Origin: Mobula hypostoma
Taxonomy: Eukaryota
NCBI RefSeq assembly: GCF_963921235.1
Contig: NC_086097.1
Span: forward strand, 185,940,001-186,004,000
DNA: 64,000 nt
Reading direction: 5' to 3'
The translations under genes and the position numbers were made by a program. Position 1 is the first letter of the stretch; each line of letters begins with the position of its first letter. Below the pieces are notes generated by a model. The model was not told the DNA's origin and did no database searches. It saw only the letters and a program-made list of their open reading frames with translations. Shown in pieces: positions 1-12,915 of this stretch.

Positions 1-387
1 CTCATGCCGAACTTCTTCAACCGTCTGATGTAAAAGAAGTACTGTTGCGCTTTTTTCACCACACAACCAGTACGTACAGACCATGTAAGACCCTTCGTGA
101 TGTGTATGCTGAGGAATTTAAAGCTGTTCACCCTCTCAATCCCAGATCCATTGATGTCAATAGGGGTTAGTCTGTCTCCACTCCTCCTGTAGTGTAGTCC
201 ACAACCAGCTCCTTTATATTTGCAACACTGAGGGGGAGGTTGTTTTCTTGACACCACCATGTCAGAGTGAAGACTTCCTCTCTGTAAGCTGCCTCATTAT
301 TATTTGAGATAAGGCCAATCAATGTAGTGTCATTGGCAAATTTAATTAGCAGATTGGAGTTGTGGGTGGCAACAGAGTCATGGGTAT
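1..387 (-). mobile_element. Rex1/Babar-like LINE RT fragment (3' part; split by a CR1 insertion)
   Basis: THDSVATHNSNLLIKFANDTTLIGLISNNNEAAYREEV. The frame continues from 3638-4150. Confidence 0.8.
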
Positions 388-3300
388 TGTGCAAGGCCTA
401 TCAGCGGTGGCAACTGAGCTTGACGAACTAAATAAAAATACAGAAGGAATAAGCGGAGCGGCCATTGTTGGGAGTAGGCCAGTGGCGAGGGTAGAAGTGA
501 CAGGCTTTTGCTCATTCAGGCGTTGGCGAAAGCGGCTTCAGCGAGGTAAGTGGACTTTGTTTTTGGTTTTTCTTTGCATTTATTTTTTGAGGAATAGTGA
601 TAATGTCCGTAGGGTTAGTTTTCTGCTCTGGGTGTCAGATTTGGGGATCCTGGGAATCTTCCAGTCTCCCAGATGGCCTCATCTGCACCAGGTGCACTGA
701 GATGCAGCTCCTGGGAGACCGTGTTAGGGACCTGGAGCAGCAGCTTGATGACGTACAGCTTATTAGGGAGAGTGAGCAGGAGATAGAGAGGAGCTACAGG
801 AAGTTAATCACCCTGAGGCTGCAGGAGTTAGATAAGTGGGTGATGGTCAGGGAAGTGAAGGGAAGAGCTCAGATAGTAGAGAGCACCCCTGTGGCCATTC
901 CCCTCAGTAATCGTTATCTCATTTTGGATGCTGTTGAGGGGGATGACCTGACAGAGGAGGACCATGGCGATCGGGTGTCTGGCACTGAGCCTGGTTCCAT
1001 GGTGCAGAAGGGAGAGAGGAAGATGAAGAATGCGGTAGGCATAGGGGATTTTATAGTGAGGGGAACAGACAGGAGGTTCTGTCAGCCTGATAGAGATACC
1101 CACATGGTGTGTTGTCTCCCAGGTGCCAGAGTACAGGATGTCTCAGATCAGGTGCAGAGTACTCTGAAGGGAGAGGGTGAATAGCCAGAAGTCTTGGTAC
1201 ACGTTGGTACCGATGACATAGGTAGAAAAAGGGAGGAGGTCCTGAAGAGAGAATACAGGGAGTTAGGTAGGAAGCTGAAAAGTAGGACCTCTAGGATAGT
1301 AATCTCAGGATATTGCTGCCTGTGCCACATGCTAGCGAGTGCAAGAAGAGCATGATCAGACATATGAATGTGTGGCTGAGAGACTGGTGCAGGGGCAGGA
1401 ATTCAGATTTCTGGATCACTGGGGCCTCTTCTGGGGGAGGTACAACCTGTACAAAAAGGACAGTTTACACCCAAACCCAAAAGGGTCCAATATCCTAGCA
1501 GGCAGGTTTAATAGAGCTGAGTGATAGGGCTGAGGAAGGGGAAAACAATAGGTCAAAGATAGCGTGCAACAGAGATTATAGAAAGAACAGGCAGGAGATG
1601 AGGCTTAATCAAAGCCAGTGGGATGAGTTACAGGGCAATAAAGGCATGGTGCAGTTAAATCAGAAAGCAACAAATACTGGACTGAAAGTGTTAGATTTGA
1701 ATGCACGCAACATAAGGAATAAAGTGGACAATCTAGAAATTCAGCTACAGATTGGCAAATATGATGTTGTGGCCATCTCTGAAACTTGGCTAAATGATGG
1801 CTGCCATTGGGAGCTGAACGTCCAAGGATATACGGTATATCAGAAGGATAGGTTAGTAGGCAGAGGGGGTGGTGTGGCTCTGTGTACAAGAAGTAATATT
1901 AAATCATTAGAAAGGGATGACATAGGATTGGAAGGTGTAGAGTCCCTATGGGATGAGTTAAGAAATGGCAAGGGTAGGAGACCCTAATGGCAGTTGTATA
2001 CAGGCCTCCAAACAGTAGCTGGGATGAAGGCAATGTCATGATAATCATTCGGGATTTGAACATGAAAGGGGATTGGGAAAACCAGTTCAGTACTGGACTT
2101 CAAGAGAGAAAATTTGTAGAATGTCTAAGGGATGGCTTTTTAGAACAGCTTGTTGTTGAGCCCACCAGGGGATCGGTTGTGCCGGGTTGGGTGTTGTGCA
2201 ATGATCCGGAGATGACAAGAGAGCTTAAGATTAAGGAACCCTTAGGGAACAGTGATCACAATATGATCGAGTTCACATTGAAATTTGTGAGGGAAAAAAT
2301 AAAATCCAATGTGTCGGTATTTCAGTGGAATAAAGAAAATCACAATGGCATGAGAGTGGAATGGCTGAAGTTGACTGGAAAGGGACACTAGCAGGAAGGA
2401 CAGCAGAGCAGCAATGGCTGGAGTTTCTGTGAAAGGTGAGAGAAGTGCAAGACAGATATATTCCAAATAAGAAGAAATTTTCAAAGGGAAGAAGAACACT
2501 ACTATGGCTGACAAGTGAAGTCACAGCCAAAGTAAAAGCAAAAAAGAGGGCATGCAAGGAAGCCAGAGCTAGTGGGAAGATTGGGGAGCTTTTTAAAACC
2601 TACAGAAGGAAACTAAGAAGATCATTCAGAAGGAAAAGATGTATTATGAGAGGAAGCTGGTGACTAATATCAAAGAAGATACTAAAAGCTATATTTAAGT
2701 ATATAAAGGGTAAAAGAGAGTTGCAGAGGTAGCAGAGGAACTGAATGCGCATTTTGCATCAGTCTTCACAGTGGACGACATCTGCAGTATACCAGACGTT
2801 CAGGAGTATCAGGGAAGTGACGTTTGTGCAGTGAAAATTACGACTGAGAAGGTGCTCAGGAAGCTTCATGGTCTGAGGGTGGATAAATCTCCTGGACCTG
2901 ATGGAATGAACCCTCGGGTTCTAAAGGAAGTAGCAGGAGAGATTGCGGATGCATTAACAATGATTTTTCAAGAATAAATGGATTCTGGCATTGTGCCGGA
3001 TGACTGGAAAATTGCAAATGTTACTCTGCTATTTAAGAAGGGTGGGAGGCAGCAGAAAGAAAGTATAGACTTGCTAGCCTGACATCAGTGGTTGGGAAGT
3101 TGATGGAATCGATTATTAGGGATGAAATTACGGAGTACCTGGTGGCACCTGACAAGATAGGCCAAAGCCAGCATGGTTTCCTGGAAGGAAAATCCTGCCT
3201 AACAAACCTACTGCAATTCTTTGAGGAAATTACAAGCAGGATTGGAGCATTGATCGGCAGAAAACAGAGTGGGAATAAAAAAATCCTGTTCTGGCTGGCT

Positions 3301-3637
3301 GCTGGTTACCAGTGGAGTTCCACAGGGGTCGGTGTTGGGACTGCTGCTTTTCACGATGTATGCCAATGATTTGTACTATGAGATGTGGAGAGATTACTTT
3401 AGTCAGAGGGTGGTAAATCTGTGGAATTTGTTGTCACGAGTGGCTGTAGAAGCCAAGTCATTGGGTGCATTTAAGGCAGAGGTAGATAGGTTCTTGATTA
3501 GCCAGGGCATCAAAAGTATGGGGTGAAAGCAGGGGAGTGGGGATGACTGGAAGAATTCGATCAGCCCATGATTGAATGGTGGAGCAGACTCGATGGGCTG
3601 AATGGCCTACTTCTGCTCCAATATCTTATGGTCTTAT
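388..3637 (+). mobile_element. Near-full-length degenerate CR1 LINE (ORF1 zinc finger/leucine zipper + SGNH esterase; ORF2 APE + RT with deletions)
   Basis: ORF1: CSGC...CTRC, zipper RVRDLEQQLDD, and esterase motifs GDFIVRG, HVGTDDI and DSLHPN. ORF2: LNARNIRNK, ISETWL, VVYRPP, GNSDHN, KSPGPDG and GVPQGSVLG. Tail (TCTTATGG)n. Flanked by GGTAT at 383-387 and 3638-3642. Confidence 0.92.
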
Positions 3638-4150
3638 GGTATACAGGGAGTAAAGGAGGGGTCTTAGGACACAGTCCTGAGAGGCACCTTTGTTGAGGGT
3701 CAGAGGGGCAGAGGTGAGGGAGCCCACTCTTACCACCTACCGGTGATCTGACAGGAAGTCCAGGATCCAGCTGCACAATTCAGGGTGAAGGCAGAGGTTT
3801 CTGAGCTTCTTGTCAAGCCTGGAGGGAATTATGGTGTTGAATGCCGAACTGTAGTCTAAGAACAGCACTCTCACATAAGCATCCTTCTCCTCCAGATGTG
3901 CAAGGACGGTATGTAGAGCTGGGGCTATTGCATCATCTGTCGATCGGTTGTGGCGGTAGGCGAATGGTAGGGTGTCCAGTGTGTGTGGTAGCATGCTGCA
4001 GATGTAGTCCTTAACGAGCCTCTCAAAGCATTTGCTTATTAATGAAGTGAGTGCAACAGGACGCCAGTCATTCAGACATGTTACCTTGCAGGAACAGTGG
4101 CGGATGTTTTGAAGCACGAAGGTACTCTACACTGGGAGAGGGAGAGATTG
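3638..4150 (-). mobile_element. Rex1/Babar-like LINE RT fragment (5' part)
   Basis: [21 protein letters not shown]...[12 protein letters not shown]...[14 protein letters not shown]. Confidence 0.85.
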
Positions 4151-5329
4151 TCTGAAACAATTTTTTTTTAACATTCAATAAAGAAATCTCCTATGGGACC
4201 TACCATTAGCATTATGCTGCATGTCAGGGAACTTTTCCAGCACAGCTTCCATACCTTTCCTTAGTAGCAAACTTGCTATGAAAATCTACACAAGGTTGAA
4301 GGTGTGAAAGATCTTAAAATAAGTTGTGGTTAACTTGTTAAAGTTTTAAAGATCTCTAAAACAAATTAGCCTATGAAAATCAAGTTTTTAAAAAATTTTT
4401 TTAAAAGATTAATAGTTTTAAAAGGTGTTTATTGTATTTGACTGTCATGGACAGTAATTGTGTTTTGATAACTTTGACATTGAACAAGCCAAGTAACATA
4501 GACCACTTTTTCTGTGACCCCTTGGTCCATGTATCACCCCCAACCACTCATCTACCCCTCCCTTTCCCCAGCACTTACCCCCTACAGCTGTAGGAGGCGC
4601 AATACTTGCCCTTATACTACCCTTATTAACATACAGGGACTTAAAGGGCCCTTCCAGGCGAAGCAGAGATTCACATGCACCCCCCTCAACTTCCTCTATT
4701 GCATCTGTTACTCCTGCAAATGATTATCAATCATTTTCTCACTTTGTTTCTACAGGGGCTAGAGATTAAATAAAACAAATTATCCAGGTGAAAGCATTTG
4801 TACTCACTCTATGTGCTGCATAATACAAAATGCTTGAAACCATAATAAATAATGTAAATATTTTAATAACATAATTAAACTTAAATTACTTCTAGCTAAA
4901 AACACACTGTACTTTCCTGAAAAATCAGTGCTTTTATTTCTCTCCATTTCTCTAAACTGAATGTTGTTTCAATTACTGACAGATAATAGATCAATCCAAT
5001 TAAGATTAGTGATTTTACATTTATTTCAAAGATTAAGAAAAACTATGTTAATAATAGAACAAGTTGCAAATACCATTGTCTATTGGATTTGGAGAAATAC
5101 TGTGCAATTGGAAAGTAAATAAGTGGTTCCATTTTCTGCTTCTCTTGAAGTTTAAGTTTAACACTTGCACACACTTTACTTTCTCACTATTTTATAAATT
5201 CCAATACCCAATATCATGGACAAAGCCAGCAACTTTTGCTGGTAATTAATTACCCAGTTTGCCAGGGATCACAAAGGCTAATATGAATTTGGTGAGGTAA
5301 TCTATCTCATTGAGGTAGTTGGAAGGATA

Positions 5330-5820
5330 ATAAGACTTAGAACAGTTCAGCAAGAAACAGCCTTTTAGCCCATGATATCTAAACCAAAATATTGCCAAAT
5401 TAAATTAGACCTCTTCTATCTAAAAATGGTCCATATCCTTCCACTCCCTGATTATTCATGTGTCTAACAGCCCCTTAAACACTACTGATGTATCTGCCTC
5501 ATTCACTCCAAGAACCCACCACACACTCTGTAAAACAAAACTGCCCCACAAATCTCCTTTAAACTTTTCTCCTTAAATGCTTGTCCTCTAGTCCTTGACG
5601 TTTCTACTGTGAAAAGAATACTCTGACTGTCTGTCCTGTGTATGCCTCTCATAATTTTATAAACTTCTGGTAGGTCTCCCTTAAGCCTCTGAGACTTTGG
5701 TGAAAACAACCCACATTTGTCCAACTTTCCTTGCAGCTCGTACCCTCAGAATTGGAGAGAATCATGGTAAATATTTCCTGTACCTTTTCAAAGCTTCCTC
5801 AAACTTCTTTAAAATGGGAT
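5330..5820 (-). mobile_element. CR1 LINE 3' fragment
   Basis: Decayed GLFS...RLKGDLPEVYKIMRGI...TRGQAFK followed by a CR1-like 3' UTR. Confidence 0.7.
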
Positions 5821-5824
5821 GGTT

Positions 5825-5920
5825 AGAGACAAGACCAAGGATTCAGACAAACTAACAGAGATGAGACAGAGGACTCATGCAAACTAACATAGAGACAAGT
5901 CTGAGGACTCAGGAAAACTA
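5825..5920. repeat. Degenerate minisatellite, about 3 x 32-34 bp
   Basis: AGAGAC/T...AGGA.TCA...AAACTA units start at 5825, 5857 and 5891. Confidence 0.55.
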
Positions 5921-6410
5921 GTTATGATATTAGAGAGTGGCAACCAGGCTTGATTGGCCTGGTCTGATCGTGCGTTCTTGTGTCCTCATTGCTGCTGCTG
6001 AAAAGAAGGTATTACATGCAGCTCAGCATTGGTGCAAATATATTTTGGTAAGATGGTTCTATCTCGCCCAAAAATTTTAGTCATTCATTTGCTGGGAACA
6101 TATAATCACATTTTAAAAGCTATACAAATTGATCATTATCTAATCAGAATACTCCTAGCATCATGCACTTGTAGCCAAGGTAAAAATTAAAAAAAACAAA
6201 ATTCCTTCCACCTTGCCTCAAATTCAGAAAATATTGCTCGAATACAATGACAGTTTTCCCCATCAATACACCAATAATAAAAGTGAAATGCTCTTCCACT
6301 GACTGAGATCACGGCTCATTATTCACACATATACACCCTAATTGCTGTGGAGGAGGAAGATGTATTAGGTCTATTGCAAGTCACATAAAGATATCAAGAT
6401 CTCCAGGCAA

Positions 6411-7788
6411 CAGGAATTCTGCAGATGCTGGAAATTCAAGCAACACACATAAAAGTTGCTGGTGAACGCAGCAGGCCAGGCAGCATCTCTAGGAAGAGGT
6501 GCAGTCGACGTTTTAGGCCGAGACCCTTCGTCAGGACTAACTGAAGGAAGAGTGAGTAAGGGATTTGAAAGTTGGAGGGGGAGGGGGAGATCCAAAATGA
6601 TAGGAGAAGACAGGAGGGGGAGGGATGGAGCCAAGAGCTGGACGGGTGATAGGCAAAAGGGATAAGAGAGGATCATGGGACAGGAGGTCCGGGAAGAAAG
6701 ACGGGGGGGGGGACCCAGAGGATGGGCAAGGGGTATAGTCAGAGGGACAGAGGGAGAAAAAGGAGAGTGAGAGAAGGAATGTGTGCATAAAAATAAGTAA
6801 CAGATGGGGTACGAGGGGGAGGTGGGGCATTAGCGGAAGTTAGAGAAGTCGATGTTCATGCCATCAGGTTGGAGGCTACCCAGACGGAATATAAGGTGTT
6901 GTTCCTCCAACCTGAGTGTGGCTTCATCTTTACAGTAGAGGAGGCCATGGATAGACATGTCAGAATGGGAATGGGATGTGGAATTAAAATGTGTGGCCAC
7001 TGGGAGATCCTGCTTTCTCTGGCAGACAGAGCGTAGGTGTTCAGCAAAGCGGTCTCCCAGTCTGCATCCTGTCTCGCCAATATATAAAAGGCCACATCGG
7101 GAGCACTGGATGCAGTATATCACCCCAGTCGACTCACAGGTGAAGTGTCGCCTCACCTGGAAGGACTGTCTGGGGCCCTGAATGGTGGTAAGGGAGGAAG
7201 TGTAAGGGCATGTGTAGCACTTGTTCCGCTTACACGGATAAGTGCCAGGAGGGAGATCAGTGGGGAGGGATGGGGGGGCCGAATGGACAAGGGAGTTGTG
7301 TAGGGAGCGATCCCTGCAGAATGCAGAGAGGGGGGTGAGGGAAAGATGTGCTTAGTGGTGGGATCCCGTTGGAGGTGGCGGAAGTTATGGAGAATAATAT
7401 GTTGGACCCGGAGGCTGGTGGGGTGGTAGGTGAGGACCAAGGGAACCCTATTCCTAGTGGGGTGGAGGGAGGATGGAGTGAGAACAGATGTACGTGAAAT
7501 GGGGGAGATGCGTTTAAGAGCAGAGTTGATAGTGGAGGAAGGGAAGCCCCTTTCTTTAAAAAAGGAAGACATCTCCCTCGTCCTAGAATGAAAGGCCTCA
7601 TCCTGACAAAGCAGATGCGGCGGAGACGGAGGAATTGCGAGAAGGGGATGGCGTTTTTGCAAGAGACAGGGTGAGAAGAGGAATAGTCCAGATAGTTGTG
7701 AGAGTCAGTAGGCTTATAGTAGATATCAGTGGATAAGCTGTCTCCAGAGACAGAGACAGAAAGATCTAGAAAGGGGAGGGAGGGGGGG
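6411..7788 (-). mobile_element. Penelope-like element (RT C-terminus + GIY-YIG endonuclease + pLTR), 5'-truncated
   Basis: LPFLDLSV..TDIYYKPTDSHNYLDYSSSHP, GVIYCIQCSRCGLLYIGETGCRLGDRFAEH and LGSLQPDGMN. A 13-bp TSD GATCTCCAGGCAA lies at 6398-6410 and 7789-7801. Confidence 0.93.
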
Positions 7789-8033
7789 GATCTCCAGGCA
7801 ATTGAACTGAACTGAATTTCATTTGAGCCAGCTGAAAACTGAATTGAGGTGTGAAATACCAACTGATCCCTTTAAACAAATGACTATTTGTTTGCAAGTT
7901 GATAAGATAAATTGACAGTGTTACAGAATACAGAAAGTGCAACTTTTCACAATTTGAAACAAATAGTCACTTAGGAATAAATGAAAAGAGTTTAGTATTA
8001 CAACGAGGAGAGAGGAAACCAAACTTTTCTTAC

Positions 8034-8142
8034 TCGAAGTGACTGCTGTCAATGGTATGAAACAAATCACGCATCTCCTCTGTGGTCAGGATTCCATCAG
8101 TAAAGTAAGCCTTGAATTCATCAAAGGACAGCTTGCCATCAT
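8034..8142 (-). CDS. NECAB1: NECAB1 coding exon 3 (109 nt, EF-hand region)
   Basis: The minus strand reads ctag|AT GAT GGC AAG... = (D)DGKLSFDEFKAYFTDGILTTEEMRDLFHTIDSSHF+GA|gtaag, matching NECAB1 [34 protein letters not shown]/GT sites are canonical. Confidence 0.93.
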
Positions 8143-8639
8143 CTAGAAGTGAAGAAGTGATTTAGCAGTCAGAATGAACTTTAATTACTAGCTACATCAA
8201 TAGTGATTTTAAAATACTTTCAAATAAGTATGTACACAAATTGGCTGGAATAAGTAGCTAAATAATGAATCAGTAAAAATGCATCCATTGGGTGGTAATA
8301 ATCCTTCAGAATGGTTGTGTGCAGTAACTTGGGGAATATGCTTGAAGTAAAATAAATTGATCTGTTGTAAAGTAATAGCAGAGGTTGCAACCTGATGATT
8401 GAAATTTTGTTGTGAAATGATCCAGAAAAGATGACTGCAGTCCTTCTGTCATAAAACGCTTGAGTTTAGGACACTTCGCCCATCACTTGCATTCAGAGAG
8501 TTTGAATCAGAAATCCTGTTTGTTCGAACTATCAGTAGCATAGTAGTTATGTCACTGATCCAAAGAACAAGTTCAAATCGTATCATGGCTACTAGGTATT
8601 TCAATATTTCAATTAAACAAATCCGGAATTTAAAAAAAA

Positions 8640-9320
8640 CCCTGTCTCAAGCCTGGAAACTGGAGTGATAGGGCAGAGAATGGGGCAGTTGGCATACAGT
8701 GTGTAATGAGTCTGTAAAGAAGGACAGGCAGATGATATGATAGTCATGGGAGATTTTAACAAGCAGGTGGATGTTATGATAGTCATGGGAGATTTTAATA
8801 AGCAGGTTGATATGTAGGGAAAAAAAATCAGGTTGGTGCTGGTTCCCAAGAGAGGGAATTTGTAGAATGCCTATGAGATGCTCTTTTAGAGCAGCATGGT
8901 CGCGTCCACTAGGAGATCAGCTATTCTGGATTGGGTGCTGTGCAATGAACCGGAAATGATTACACAGATTAAGGTAAAGGAATCTGTTGGGAGTGGTGAT
9001 CATGATATGATAGAATTCACCCTGCATTTTGAGAGAGAGAAGCTAAAGTCAGATGAATCAGCATTACAGCGGAGTAAAGGGAATTACAGTGGCAAGAGGG
9101 CAGAGCTGGCCAAAGTTGATTGGAAGGGGACACTAGTAGGGATGGCGGCAGAGCAACAATGGCTGGAGTTTCTGGGAACAATTTGGAAGCTGCAGGACAG
9201 ATCCATCCCAAAGAAGTAGTATTTTAAAGACAGGATGACACAACCGTGGCTGACAATGGAAGTCAAAGCCAACATCAAAGCAAAAGAGAGGGCATCTGAC
9301 AGAGCAAAAATTAATGGGAT
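8640..9320 (+). mobile_element. CR1 LINE endonuclease fragment
   Basis: IVMGDFN, TRRSAILDWVLCNEPE and GSGDHDMIEF. Includes a 39-bp tandem duplication starting at 8736 and 8775. Confidence 0.8.
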
Positions 9321-9899
9321 ACCCTGGCCTTTTTAACCTGGCCCTGACCTTAAAACATCCAAACCTCCAGTTGTTCCTTGCTCTCGGACCTGGGCTCCGT
9401 TGCCTCGATTTGGCCTGTACACAACCCTGCCAATTTGGCCTGGTGCTTAAATTGATCAAACCTCAGGTCTTTGTTTGCTCTTGGACCCGGGCCTGGGCCC
9501 TGCCGCCTTAATTCTGCCTTGCCTCCGCTCGCTTCATCTCAGTTCTGCCACATCAAATCGACTGCACATCCACTCCAGCAATGGCCAAACATTGGCTCCT
9601 TCCCCACTCTCAGACTTGGACTCCACCGCCTCAATTCAGCCAATATGTACCACGCTGTAACCACGTTCTGCCTTTGAGACATCAGTTCACACCATTAAAC
9701 TGAATGCCAGGGCATACAGGAGGTTCAAAACCTTAACTCTGAAAGGGAATTACAGGCTATTGATTGCAGTGATCAATCATTTACTGGAAATAGTATGATT
9801 AAAAGTAGTTCGTAGTTTTGTTTGCTACCGTTCTTCACCAGTGCAATCTTAAACCGAAGAAAGTTAATGAAATAATGAAGTAATGCTTATGGGATCATG

Positions 9900-11270
9900 G
9901 ATCATTGAGAAATCTGTTGGCAGAGGGGAAGAAGCTACTCCAAAATCATTCATTATGAGTGATCAGACTCCATACCTCCACTCTGATGGTGATAACAGGA
10001 AGAGGGCATCTCCCGTATGGTGAGAGTCCTCAGTGATGAATGCCACCTCTAATATTCTTGGTGGGAAGTGGTGTGCCCACTATTAGGCTGAGTCTGCAAC
10101 CTTCTGCAGCCTCTTTTGACCCTATGGATTGGAGCCTCCACACCAGGCAGTGATGCAACTAGTCAGAATGCTCTCTGCATACATCGATAGAAATTTGCAG
10201 GAGCCTTTGGTGACAAACAAAGTCTCAAACTTCTAATGAAGCCTAGCCATCGGTGTGCCTTTTTCGTGGTTGCATCAACATGCAGGGCCCATGATAGATC
10301 CTCGGAGATGTTGATACCCAGGAACTCGAAACTGCTCACCCTTTCTGCTGACCTCTCAGTGAGGACTGGTCTGTGCTCTCCCAACTTTCCCTTCCTGAAT
10401 CGACTCCTTGCTTTAGCTGACCTTGAGTGTGCAACACCACTCAACTGGCTGATCTATCTTACTCCTGTAAGCCATCTTGCTGCCGTCTGAAATTTTACCA
10501 ACAGTGGTGTTATCTGTGAGTTTATAGAGGGTGATTGAACTGTGCTTCGAGAGAGTACAGCAGCTGGTGAAACTCGCATTCTTGAGGTGCACCTGTGTTG
10601 GTTGTCAACGAGGAGGAATGTTATCACCAATCTGTGATCTACTGCTGAGGAAGTCGAGCATACGTTGCAAAGGGAGGCTCAGATTTAGAAGCTTAGTAAT
10701 TAATATCGAGGGGATGATGGTATTCAATCCTGCACTACAATCGCCTGGCATGTGTTTCTCTGTTTTTTTTAGGTGCTCCAAATCAGAGTGGGGAGCCACT
10801 GAGAATGTCTCCACTGTAGACCCATTACGAATTGCAGTGGATCCAGGTTTTAACTCAGGCAGGAACTCCAGTTTTAATTCAAAATGCTTCATAATGGTAG
10901 ATATTAGAGCTACCACTCCTGAGCACGGGTATGTGATTGATATAATTTTGAAGCAGGTGGGAGAGCATGAGTGAGAGGCTGAAGTCCTTCACACTCCAGC
11001 TAGATGATCACCACAGGTTTGCAGTACCCAACCTGGGGTACACCGGGAGTGCCTGGTGCTTGCGAAGGTTCACCCTCTTGAAGAATTTCTGACATTGGGC
11101 TCCAAGACAGAGATCATATGGTTGCCAGATGCTGTGGGGATTCACACTGATGTAGTGCTATTGTCCCTTTAAAAACATGCATACAAGGCATTGAGTTCAT
11201 CAGAGAATGTAGCACCACTGCTATTTATGCCGTTAAATTTTACCTCAAGGGAAGTAATGGCTGCAAATCC
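9900..11270 (-). mobile_element. Old Rex1/Babar-like LINE fragment
   Basis: ERVSSFEFLGINISEDLSW...KKAHRWLGFIRSLR and VALISTIMKHFE. Heavily decayed; boundaries approximate. Confidence 0.7.
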
Positions 11271-11504
11271 TGACACAGCTGTCATGACTGTGCAGTGTTA
11301 AAAAAAATGGTTTTCAGTGTTTATTCTGGCTGTTTTACCAGTCACTTTAAATCTGTGCCTTCTGACAGAAACATTCATGATTATCTCTAACAAAATGTTT
11401 CCTAGTCTCAGAAGAATCTTAGCTCCTTCAGTTTTTTTGCACTATTGCACTCTATAGTCATGGGTATCATTTTGGTAAACCTGTTAAAAAACACCCATGT
11501 TCAA

Positions 11505-12015
11505 AAATTGAAAGTAGATTTATTATCAATGTTCATTTATGTTATCATGTACTGTCTTGAGATTCATTTTTTGCAGACATTTACAGGAAAAAGATATACA
11601 ATAGAACTTCATGAAAAATTACATAAAAACAAAGACTGACAAATGACCAATGTGCCAAAGACGGCAAACTATGGAAATTAAAAAAAACTGAGAACAAGAG
11701 TTGTAAAGAGTCCTTGAAAATTAGTCCGTAGATTGCAGGAACAGTTTAGAGTAGTGGTGAGCCTGTTCAGGAATCTGATGGTTGTAGGGTAATAACTGTT
11801 CCTGAACCCGGTGTTGTGGGACCTTAGTCCTAAGTACCTATAGCCAGATGGCAGCAGCAAGAAGAGGGCATGGCTTGGATGGAGGGGGGTCTTTAATCCT
11901 GAATACTGCTTCTTGATACAGCGCTCCATGTACATTTATTCAATGGGGAGGGTGGGGGAGGGCTTTGCCGGTGATGGACTGGGCTGTATCCATCACTTTC
12001 TGTAGACTTTCTGCA
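11505..12015 (-). mobile_element. Rex1-like LINE 3' end
   Basis: HPSHALFLLLPSGYRY...FRNSYYPTTIRFLN followed by an AATAAA-type tail on the minus strand. Confidence 0.65.
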
Positions 12016-12060
12016 GTACACTACTAGCCACAGGCCTCTGATCAAAGAGGTAAGCATCTA

Positions 12061-12915
12061 CAGTGGCTTGCAAAGGTTTCTGAACCCCTGGTCAAAATTT
12101 CTGTTACTGTGAATAGCTAAGCGAATAAAAGATGAACTGATTTCCAAAAGGCATAAAGTTAAAGAGGACATACTTCTTTAATATTTTAAGCAAGAAAACT
12201 TTTTTATTTCCACCTTTTAGTTTCAAAATAACAAAAAAGGAAAAGGGCCTGAAGCAAAAGTTTGGGCACCCTGCATGGTCAGTACTTAGTAACACTCCCT
12301 TTGGCAAGTATCACAGCTTGTAAACGCTTTCTGTAGCCAGCTAAGAGTCTTTCAATTCTTGTTTGGGGGATTTTCACCCATTCTTCCTTGCAAAAGGCTT
12401 CTAGTTCTGTGAGATTCTTGGGCTGTCTTGCAGGCACTGCTCTTTTGAGGTCTATCCACAGATTCTCAATGATGTTTAGGTCAGAGGACTGTGAGGGCTA
12501 TGGCAAAACCTTCAGCTTGCACCTCGACATAGTCCATTGTGGATTTTGAGGTGTGTTTAGGTTCATTATCTTGTAGAAGCCATCCTCTTTTCAACTTCGG
12601 CTTTTTCACAGACGGTGTGATGTTTGCTTCCAGAAATTGCTGGTATTTAATTGAATTCATTCTTCCCTCTACTAGTAAATGTTCTCCGTGCCACTGGCTG
12701 CAACACAAACCCAAAACATGATCGATCCACCCCTGTGCTTAGCAGTTGGAGAGGGGTTCTTTTCATGAAATCCTGCACCCTTTTTTCTCCAAACATACCT
12801 TTGCTCATTGCGGCCAAAAAGTTCTATTCGAAAGGTTCAAAGAAACATCAAAACAAGCCTGATGCATTTTGGAAACAAGTCCTGTGGACTGATGAAGTTA
12901 AAATAGAACTTTTTG
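12061..12915 (-). mobile_element. Tc1-like DNA transposon, one-ended, with an internal inversion
   Basis: TA|CAGTGGCTTGCAAAG terminus. The minus strand encodes LLQDNEPKHTSKST (DDE region). An inverted plus-strand piece encodes FWKQVLWTDEVKIELF. Confidence 0.85.

Noticed and set aside
5825..5920. CRISPR-like spaced repeats or other prokaryotic systems
   Set aside because: These are degenerate tandem units without unique spacers. The window is spliceosomal-intron-containing vertebrate DNA with no cas or operon-like genes.
1..8033. NECAB1 exon 4 (expected as a short NLDTEELC-like exon)
   Set aside because: No convincing match with splice sites was found by eye. It is probably outside the window, though a micro-exon could have been missed.
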